14,801 bases of DNA. Origin: Candidatus Micrarchaeia archaeon. GTDB taxonomy: Archaea; Micrarchaeota; Micrarchaeia; Anstonellales; Bilamarchaeaceae. The position numbers were made by a program, and so were the translations under genes. The DNA lies in NCBI GenBank assembly GCA_046538155.1, contig JBKHJL010000027.1, positions 1 to 14,801 on the forward strand. Reading direction: 5' to 3'. Positions within the stretch are counted from its first letter, which is position 1; each line of letters starts with the position of its first letter. Shown piece by piece: positions 7,858 through 14,324 of the stretch. Under the pieces are notes generated by a model that worked only from the letters and a program-made list of their open reading frames with translations, was not told the DNA's origin and did no database searches.

Positions 7858-8769
7858 ATGGAACAAGAGCCGGAAGAAGCAACAATCGAAGAGTTCAGGG
7901 AAGCTGGGAAAGTAGGAGCAACGGTGAGAGAGGAGAGCAAAAAACTCATAAACATAGGAGAGGGGGTGCTTGATATTGCTGAAACAATAGAAGGCATGAT
8001 AGAAGAAGAGGGGTGTAAACCTGCATTTCCGGCAAATGTATCCATAAATGAAATAGCTGCACATTATACCCCGGAAACAGGAGACAAAACAGTGATTGGG
8101 GAAAACGATGTTGTGAAGATTGATATGGGGGCAGAGCTCAATGGAGCCCTCTCTGATACTGCATACACTGTAGACCTGAGCGGAAAATATGGAAAACTTG
8201 TAGAAGCTTCTGAAAAGGCCCTGGAAAATGCCATAAAAAAAGTGAAGGCGGGGGTGACTGTCGGGGAAATTGGGGCAGTAGTGGAAGAAACCATAAAGGG
8301 CTACGGGTTCAAACCCATTGCAAACCTCACCGGCCACCGGATGGCCACAGGAATGCTCCATACCGGAGTGGATGTTCCTTCAATAAAGACAGATGATCCG
8401 TATGAGATGCAGGCCGGAGAAATATTTGCATTAGAACCTTTTGCTACAGATGGAAAGGGTTTTGTTTCGGATACTGAACAGGTGGAAATCTTCAGCCTTT
8501 ATATGCCTGGAAAGCTGAGGATGCGAGAATCAAGGAAGCTTCTGAATTACATAATCTCCCATTATGGGATGCTGCCTTTCGCAGAAAGATGGCTTGCAAA
8601 GGAATTCAAATCCAGGCTGCTTCTCAAAAATGCACTGAAGGAGATGCTCAGGATGCAGGTAATAAAGGGGTATCCTGTGCTTAAAGAAGCAGGAGGGGGA
8701 ACCGTATCCCAGAAAGAGCATACTATCCTGGTTGAAGAGGATGGGGCTACTGTGCTTACTCAGATTTGA
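7858..8769 (+). CDS. map: Methionine aminopeptidase type II (archaeal)
   Basis: Motifs AFPANVSINEIAAHYTP, KIDMG...SDTAYT, NLTGH, LH, LEPFAT, LPFAERWL (type II insertion), YPVL and EHT give the complete D/D/H/E/E metal ligand set. Confidence 0.96.
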   Translation: MEQEPEEATIEEFREAGKVGATVREESKKLINIGEGVLDIAETIEGMIEEEGCKPAFPANVSINEIAAHYTPETGDKTVIGENDVVKIDMGAELNGALSDTAYTVDLSGKYGKLVEASEKALENAIKKVKAGVTVGEIGAVVEETIKGYGFKPIANLTGHRMATGMLHTGVDVPSIKTDDPYEMQAGEIFALEPFATDGKGFVSDTEQVEIFSLYMPGKLRMRESRKLLNYIISHYGMLPFAERWLAKEFKSRLLLKNALKEMLRMQVIKGYPVLKEAGGGTVSQKEHTILVEEDGATVLTQI

Positions 8770-9775
8770 ATTCATTTTCTTCCGGATACTTTTCCCGGAT
8801 TGCCTCGGCTTTTTTCTTTTTGTCATATTCTTTTTTGAGCCAGCGGAGCAGGAGGATTATGAACTGGAGAAGAGAGATGTTCATCATGAAACAGGGGTTG
8901 AATATCCATATTCCGGGGAGGGCCAGGAGGGCAGGCAGTAGGGACAAGAAGGCCTTTTCTGACTTTGACATCCTCTTATACTCCCTGGTCAATCTCCAGT
9001 TAACATAAGCAAGAATGATGGTAAACAGCCAGGGAACCACCATATCCCTGAAGGTGAATATATCCAGCAGCACCGGGAAGCGGCAGGCGGGTGCTTCTGC
9101 TGCCTTGCTTACAACTACTTCCAGCACACCTGAGCCAACAAGCCTGCCGCTCTCGTATACATCAAACGGAAGGTAATATATGCCATGCTCATAGCCTGAA
9201 GGTACTGACAGGAGCAGGGGGAGCTCCTTGGTCTGCCCGTGCTCTATAGGGGTAGGTATTCCAAGCACCATGGCCAGACCGGAATAGGGGCCCTGGAAAG
9301 CAACTGTTGTGTTATAGAGGTAGGCGGTGCCGTTTCCTGTATTGGTCAGGTTAGGGGAGAGTATTTCGTGCTCTCCGGGGAACAGAGAAACCTTCTTTTC
9401 TTCCACTTCAAGCCAGGGCTTGTTCACTGTAAGATATAAATCAGCTGCAGTGGAGAGCATCAGGCTGGGACCCCCTCCGCTCTTCCCTACACATTGCAGG
9501 ATCCCTTCCTCCCCCCCATTATAATCAAAGATGTCTTCAGGGGGCATATCAACAACTATTGTTCCGCCTATTGTGGAGTTTGGGGGGATTGTTTCGGATT
9601 CCAGCTCAACAGCAGTATATTCCTCAAAATCAGAAGTCACAAAACAGGAAACCTCGGTGAGTTCGCTGGTGGAATAAAGAGTAAAGTCTGCTTCTCCTTC
9701 AAGAGGATAATTTACAACTATTTCAATTTGCTCCGGGTTTATGGAAAAATAGCCGGGGGGAGGGGGGGGGTACAT
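8756..9775 (-). CDS. P3 C-terminal part: Ig-like domains plus about 3 TM helices and a basic tail; probably the frameshifted 3' half of the gene starting at 10793
   Basis: It has no signal peptide yet carries extracellular-type Ig segments (LTNTGNG). It begins inside a poly-Pro linker and overlaps the upstream ORF by 53 nt across a C9 tract. Confidence 0.8.
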   Translation of the reverse strand: MYPPPPPGYFSINPEQIEIVVNYPLEGEADFTLYSTSELTEVSCFVTSDFEEYTAVELESETIPPNSTIGGTIVVDMPPEDIFDYNGGEEGILQCVGKSGGGPSLMLSTAADLYLTVNKPWLEVEEKKVSLFPGEHEILSPNLTNTGNGTAYLYNTTVAFQGPYSGLAMVLGIPTPIEHGQTKELPLLLSVPSGYEHGIYYLPFDVYESGRLVGSGVLEVVVSKAAEAPACRFPVLLDIFTFRDMVVPWLFTIILAYVNWRLTREYKRMSKSEKAFLSLLPALLALPGIWIFNPCFMMNISLLQFIILLLRWLKKEYDKKKKAEAIREKYPEENEFKSE

Positions 9776-10793
9776 AAGGGGGTTTGGGCTCCTCTTCCGG
9801 AAGAATCCCTATATGCGGGCCGCCGGGGCCGCCGGGGCCGCCGGGATGGGGGGGTTCCTCCTCCACACTGAAAGTGACCGAGTCAGAATCCACCTGCCCA
9901 ACCACATCCTCGGCATAAAGCACCAGGGTATGGGTGCCCCCCGAGACATCAAGGATGTATGGGCTCACGCAATTGGGCATATTCACCCTGTTGCCATCAA
10001 GCACGTACCAGCAGGAATCTATTGGGTAATATGAGTTTATCGTGTAGGTAAAGGGAATCTGGCTCGTGCTGTAAGTCCCGGGCTCAGGAGTAAGTATGGT
10101 TACCTGGGGCCCAAACTCCCCCGGGCCTATGCCGTTTACATGGATATAATAGTTGCCGCTGTACCCCCCAAGGGAAAGCACGACCGGGTCCCCTACGGAG
10201 GTAATGGCTGTGTCAGTAGTTATCAGAGTGCCATCCTGGACAAGACCCACGACAAGAAAATCAACATCCGGAACTATGGGGATTCCCGCATCATCCAGGG
10301 CATCTGTAACTGTGATATTCACGTTATCTCCAGTCTGGGTTGAAGAAACAGTGTAGTTTCCCTGGAGCCAGCCGTTGAGGGTTATCGTTTTCTCCCTCTG
10401 GGCAGAAGAAAGGTCTGAGGTATTTGAGATGAAAACAAAGGGAATTGAGGGATACCATGCCCTGAAACTGGAAAGATCTATGGGAAGATATACACAGTTG
10501 GTAGGGGGGACAGAAGTGATTTGCAGGGGATGGTGGGTTATCTCTATGTAATCCCCTGGATTGGTGCCATCTGCATAAGCCATGGAAACCCATTTGCCCT
10601 GGAGTTCTGCCGCAGTGTCTGCGCAAATCCTTAATTCAGCATCAGGGTTCTCAAGGGAATTGTCCGCGTATGAAGTGGAATTGTCATCATAAACAAGATT
10701 GGTTATTGAATGGGTGTTTGCATCAACTAAGTAGATGTAATAATAGGAAAATGAAAGAGAAAACAGGGCCAGCAGAAAAAATATCTTTCTCAT
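9723..10793 (-). CDS. P3 N-terminal part: secreted surface protein (module shared with P2, an Ig-like domain and a Pro/Gly linker), ending shortly after a C9 tract
   Basis: Signal peptide MRKIFFLLALFSLSFS. Ig-like segment PQVTILTPEPGTY...CWYVLDG...GTHTLVLYAEDVVG. The ATG directly abuts the P2 stop (TAG|ATG). Removing one C gives a single 678-aa ORF, 10793->8756. Confidence 0.85.
   Translation of the reverse strand: MRKIFFLLALFSLSFSYYYIYLVDANTHSITNLVYDDNSTSYADNSLENPDAELRICADTAAELQGKWVSMAYADGTNPGDYIEITHHPLQITSVPPTNCVYLPIDLSSFRAWYPSIPFVFISNTSDLSSAQREKTITLNGWLQGNYTVSSTQTGDNVNITVTDALDDAGIPIVPDVDFLVVGLVQDGTLITTDTAITSVGDPVVLSLGGYSGNYYIHVNGIGPGEFGPQVTILTPEPGTYSTSQIPFTYTINSYYPIDSCWYVLDGNRVNMPNCVSPYILDVSGGTHTLVLYAEDVVGQVDSDSVTFSVEEEPPHPGGPGGPGGPHIGILPEEEPKPPYVPPPSPRLFFHKPGAN
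9755..9770. repeat. Homopolymer tract G6-A-G9 (C9-T-C6 on the coding strand) at the frameshift
   Basis: Read directly: G at 9755-9760, A at 9761, G at 9762-9770. Confidence 0.95.
9817..9845. repeat. Perfect 9-bp tandem repeat (GGGCCGCCG)x3 + GG, encoding (PGG)3
   Basis: Units at 9817-9825, 9826-9834 and 9835-9843, followed by a G7 run at 9848-9854. Confidence 0.95.
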
Positions 10794-12476
10794 CTATGGC
10801 ACCACCAGTTTCTTGGTGATGGAATACACCTCATACATCCAATCGTATATATCAAGGACATACGTGTCCTTGTTTATCAGCTCCTTATTGTTTACCCATC
10901 CTGGGTCAGCGCATGTTTTGTTTGCCACAAACAGGGGGAAATCTGTGTACAGTGTTCCGTTGAAAGCATACTGGTGTGAGGGGTTTGTCCTTACGGTTAT
11001 CTCGTAATCTCCCACATAACTATCAACCCCGAGATAAGAATAGTCTGTATACAGCTTATTGCAGGTGGGGACAATCACCATCCTTGCGTAGCCGGAAGAG
11101 TTGCCCTCTGCAGTTGCAACAGAAGAAGTGGACACCCCATGCTCTGTCCCTGAATCATTCCATACCTGGGTGGGGATGAAGGGGTTAAGCCCATTCTGCT
11201 CAGTTATTATGTAATCAACATTCGGGATTGTGTCCCCGTTGGAATTGTTCACATAAAAAGTAACATTGTAAGGGCGACCCCACTGTGGGAAAGTATTGTT
11301 GTATTCTCCGTCAATCCATACGTGGAGGTACCAGACAGGGTTTATCACTAGGGTAGCTGTTGCAAGATTATCTGTTTCATCGCATTCTGCTATCTGATTT
11401 GTGGAATCTGCATAAGCGCGCAGAGAAACACTTCCGGCCTGCTCTGTTGCATTGAAGGTGTAATTCCTGGTTGTTGAGCCCCCTCCTGAAGCAAGGTCTT
11501 CGGTAATTGCATAATCTACTGTGTCAGAGTAGCCTGAGCCGGAAACATTGAACTGCAGCACAAAATCAGTTGTTATATTAACATTGTGCTGGTTGGTCAC
11601 GGTGATGGTTATGTTGGTGCTGTCACCATAGCTTATTGGATTCGTGTCAATGGAAATGGAAGGGCGCAGGTCTGCTCCGATGCAGATTGGGTCCCCAAGC
11701 CCGTCAACCACCACATAGCGGTTGTGGATATGCTGGTCATCAACTGTTCCCACGAGGGAGAGGCCAACCGGGAGGTCTCCGGAATCATTCACTATTACTG
11801 CATCATCGCACTGGTTCCCAAAATCATCATCACACAGAGCAATCAGCATGCTGCGGCCGGTTGTGCTGCTAAGGCCCCAGTCCGAGTCCCCTGGGCCGCG
11901 GGTTACTGAGCCAAGCTCGGTCTGGAAAGTGATGCTGGAAACGTCTGCAGTAACAAGGCCGGTTGCCTGGCTGAAGGAACGGGAGGTGGAATAGGACCCC
12001 TCAAGCCAGCCTTCTGAATAGTTTACAGGCACAAGGTCAGGGGAGCCGGTTCCATCTGCATTGTCTGAGTAAAGTGCATGTATCCTCCCGGGGAAGGCAG
12101 AAACATAAACATCCGGGGTGCGGGTAAAGTCCCGGAACTGGGAAAATGCAAAAGAATCCACAGGAGTGTAATAACAGGGGCCTGAACCAAGGGAAGTATG
12201 GACCATTGTATTGGAAGAACCGGCAGTGAGATTCTTGCTTACGGGAACCATCACAAAAGTGCCGCTTACATTTGCAGAATAAACTGCAGCCACATACTTC
12301 TGCCCTGCATTGCAGAGCTCAAGGGCAAAATCAGGATTGTTTCCGAACGTATCCACATATACTTTGAAAGCGGCGGATGACTCTACATTTGTCGTAGTGT
12401 TGCTTGAGTCCACGATGCTTGCAGTGGCCGCAAAAAGCACAGGGAAGCACAAAAGTAATATGGCAAGCCTTTTCAT
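10794..12476 (-). CDS. P2: secreted 560-aa surface glycoprotein-like protein with a CARDB-type domain and no TM anchor
   Basis: Signal peptide MKRLAILLLCFPVLFA. The ATG at 12476 lies 2 nt after the P1 stop and is preceded by GGTGTGA. CARDB signature ADL...ITVTNQ...ADSTNQIAECDETDN at ~11675-11343. Roughly 17 N-x-S/T sequons by hand count. Confidence 0.85.
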   Translation of the reverse strand: MKRLAILLLCFPVLFAATASIVDSSNTTTNVESSAAFKVYVDTFGNNPDFALELCNAGQKYVAAVYSANVSGTFVMVPVSKNLTAGSSNTMVHTSLGSGPCYYTPVDSFAFSQFRDFTRTPDVYVSAFPGRIHALYSDNADGTGSPDLVPVNYSEGWLEGSYSTSRSFSQATGLVTADVSSITFQTELGSVTRGPGDSDWGLSSTTGRSMLIALCDDDFGNQCDDAVIVNDSGDLPVGLSLVGTVDDQHIHNRYVVVDGLGDPICIGADLRPSISIDTNPISYGDSTNITITVTNQHNVNITTDFVLQFNVSGSGYSDTVDYAITEDLASGGGSTTRNYTFNATEQAGSVSLRAYADSTNQIAECDETDNLATATLVINPVWYLHVWIDGEYNNTFPQWGRPYNVTFYVNNSNGDTIPNVDYIITEQNGLNPFIPTQVWNDSGTEHGVSTSSVATAEGNSSGYARMVIVPTCNKLYTDYSYLGVDSYVGDYEITVRTNPSHQYAFNGTLYTDFPLFVANKTCADPGWVNNKELINKDTYVLDIYDWMYEVYSITKKLVVP

Positions 12477-12478
12477 TA

Positions 12479-14047
12479 TCACACCGTTGAGATTGACTTT
12501 CCGACGTTGGAAAGCACCTGGTTAATGTTTTGTAGCGCAGAAGCTATTAAAGCGTTTGTAGCCGGGTCCATATCTGCTTCTGCAGGAGTTGGGGGCTCAA
12601 GGAGACTGTCCACAGTAAATGTAAGATTGGCTATGTTGCTCCCTCCATATTCAACAAATATTGTGAGGTTGGCATCATTATTATAGTTGGTTGGAATCAG
12701 CACAAAAGACTGGTTGCTCTGGAACGGCCCCGTATCATTGTAAAGGATTTTGTCTGGCTGGAGAGGGACAAAGATTATGTGGCCATCTGTTTCCTGCACC
12801 GTAAGGTTGGCGGTGACCGGGCTGCCCAAGTGGGTCACTGAAACATTGAATATATTTGGCGCACCTGCTTTCAGGGTAGGCATCGGGCCTACTGCCCCGC
12901 CCGTGGTAACGGAAACCGATGCGTTCCTGTACTTGCTTTCATATATCCAGCTGCTTGCGGTTGTTGCAAGCTGGTTCATGTTCTGCACAGAGGATTTCAC
13001 CTGGCTTCCATATGCAGGATTCACCAGGGAAGAGCGGTAAGTGGGGGAAAGAGAGTCATAAGAAGCGATTGAGAAATTTGCCCTGCAGTATGAGGGGCTG
13101 GTAACCACCACATATGCAGAATAGTTGTATGAATCAGGGACATTGTAGCGGGTGGGAGAAAGAGCAAATACTGCGTTTCCGGAGGAATCTGTTTCCATCA
13201 TGCCTATTCCGGAGTATGTTTTCTGCTGGTAGAGGACCGGGAAAAGCAGGTTTCTCCCGTTTTCCTCTATGACCTGGACGGTTGCAGAATCAATCGGAGT
13301 CGTTGAATTCTCATAGGTAACAAGAAACTCCACATCATAGGGGACGGCGGTCTTCGGAAAAGTTTCGGTCTGGACTCCGTCTATCCACACAGTTATGTTG
13401 CACTCGTCCGGATAAACATAAAAATAATAGTCCTCTTCCTTGGGGACCATATACTGGAAATCAAAATAAGTGCCGTTGTAGCCCAGGACGCTGGAGATGT
13501 TGGTAACAAACACCGGCTCCTGATGGGTGCCGTTGTCAAACTTGAGTACGCCCATGAAAGAATGGTTTTCCAGGTAGACATATGCACAGGAATAAGTTAC
13601 AGAGCCAATCTGGCAGGGGAGAGAAACATAAGGGTCTGCGAAAGTGTTGAGCGGGCTGTCGCTGAATGCACTGAAATTCAGTCCGCTGAAGGCCCCGAAG
13701 CTGCTGAACATCCCTGTGGAATTGAAATCCTGGGCAACGGGGGAATAGATGTCGGAGAGGTCGGGGCGGAAATCAAGGTTGTCCCTCACCACAATCATTG
13801 ATTCATCATAATAGGTTCCATTTGGATAATTAGTGTAAATCCTTACCGGGCCAACTGTCTGGTTGGAAATCTCCTGCTGTGGGTCAGCCGGGGAAAGGGG
13901 GTCCATCCAGCCCACAATCCCTGCCCAGTACCTTGTAAGCTCTACCCCTCCCAAATCAATATATGAAACATTTCCGCCTTCGGTAATGCTGGAGCCTGCA
14001 AAAGAGAGGGGGAGGACTAAGAGGAGCAAAAGCAGGAGGTTCCTCAT
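12479..14047 (-). CDS. P1: secreted 522-aa surface glycoprotein-like protein with an internally duplicated module and no TM anchor
   Basis: Signal peptide MRNLLLLLLLVLPLSFA begins at ATG 14047, with a TATA box 23-30 nt upstream, so the ORF-track start at 14092 is unlikely. Roughly 20 N-x-S/T sequons by hand count. Confidence 0.85.
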   Translation of the reverse strand: MRNLLLLLLLVLPLSFAGSSITEGGNVSYIDLGGVELTRYWAGIVGWMDPLSPADPQQEISNQTVGPVRIYTNYPNGTYYDESMIVVRDNLDFRPDLSDIYSPVAQDFNSTGMFSSFGAFSGLNFSAFSDSPLNTFADPYVSLPCQIGSVTYSCAYVYLENHSFMGVLKFDNGTHQEPVFVTNISSVLGYNGTYFDFQYMVPKEEDYYFYVYPDECNITVWIDGVQTETFPKTAVPYDVEFLVTYENSTTPIDSATVQVIEENGRNLLFPVLYQQKTYSGIGMMETDSSGNAVFALSPTRYNVPDSYNYSAYVVVTSPSYCRANFSIASYDSLSPTYRSSLVNPAYGSQVKSSVQNMNQLATTASSWIYESKYRNASVSVTTGGAVGPMPTLKAGAPNIFNVSVTHLGSPVTANLTVQETDGHIIFVPLQPDKILYNDTGPFQSNQSFVLIPTNYNNDANLTIFVEYGGSNIANLTFTVDSLLEPPTPAEADMDPATNALIASALQNINQVLSNVGKSISTV

Positions 14048-14068
14048 AAGAGGTATAACGACCATATA

Positions 14069-14078
14069 ATTTATAAAT
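14069..14078. promoter_or_regulatory. Palindromic TATA box (ATTTATAAAT) between divergent genes
   Basis: Perfect 10-bp palindrome with core TTTATAAA (14070-14077), correctly spaced for a leaderless P1 start at 14047. Confidence 0.6.
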
Positions 14079-14123
14079 AAAGTGTGTTCCAATTATATTA
14101 GAATAAACAGATGGTGTGTATTT

Positions 14124-14324
14124 ATGGGAAATCAGATGAAACGAAAGGTGAGTGGAGAAAAGGGTGCCCTTCCAAAATCTGAAAAAGAAAAACTGATAAC
14201 CGAAATGACAGAGCAGGTAATGGAAGATATGGCAGGCAAGGAAAGCTGGCTCAGATACCGGGAAGCAGAGATTGCCATGGAGATGGAAGGGAAAACTAGG
14301 GATGAAAAAAAAAGCAATACTTGA
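14124..14324 (+). CDS. Hypothetical 66-aa charged protein; probably the N-terminal part of a gene frameshifted at an A9 tract
   Basis: ATG at 14124 is preceded by SD-like GGTG (14113-14116). The E/K-rich composition resembles the large orphan. It stops 9 nt after the A9 run. Confidence 0.6.
   Translation: MGNQMKRKVSGEKGALPKSEKEKLITEMTEQVMEDMAGKESWLRYREAEIAMEMEGKTRDEKKSNT

Noticed and set aside
9817..9845. Tandem repeat as CRISPR array
   Set aside because: The 9-bp units are contiguous with no spacers, lie in frame within a CDS, and no cas genes are present.
10794..14047. Diversity-generating retroelement or recent DNA duplication behind the repeated modules
   Set aside because: I noticed similarity only at the diverged protein level. 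No near-identical template/variable repeat pair and no reverse transcriptase are present in the window.
9723..14047. Type IV pilin/archaellin (class III signal peptide) identity for P1-P3
   Set aside because: The N-termini are ordinary Sec/SPI-like signals ending SFA, LFA and SFS, without the (K/R)G|hydrophobic prepilin motif.
14048..14092. ORF-track N-terminal extension of P1
   Set aside because: It covers the TATA box, and the signal peptide begins cleanly at ATG 14047.
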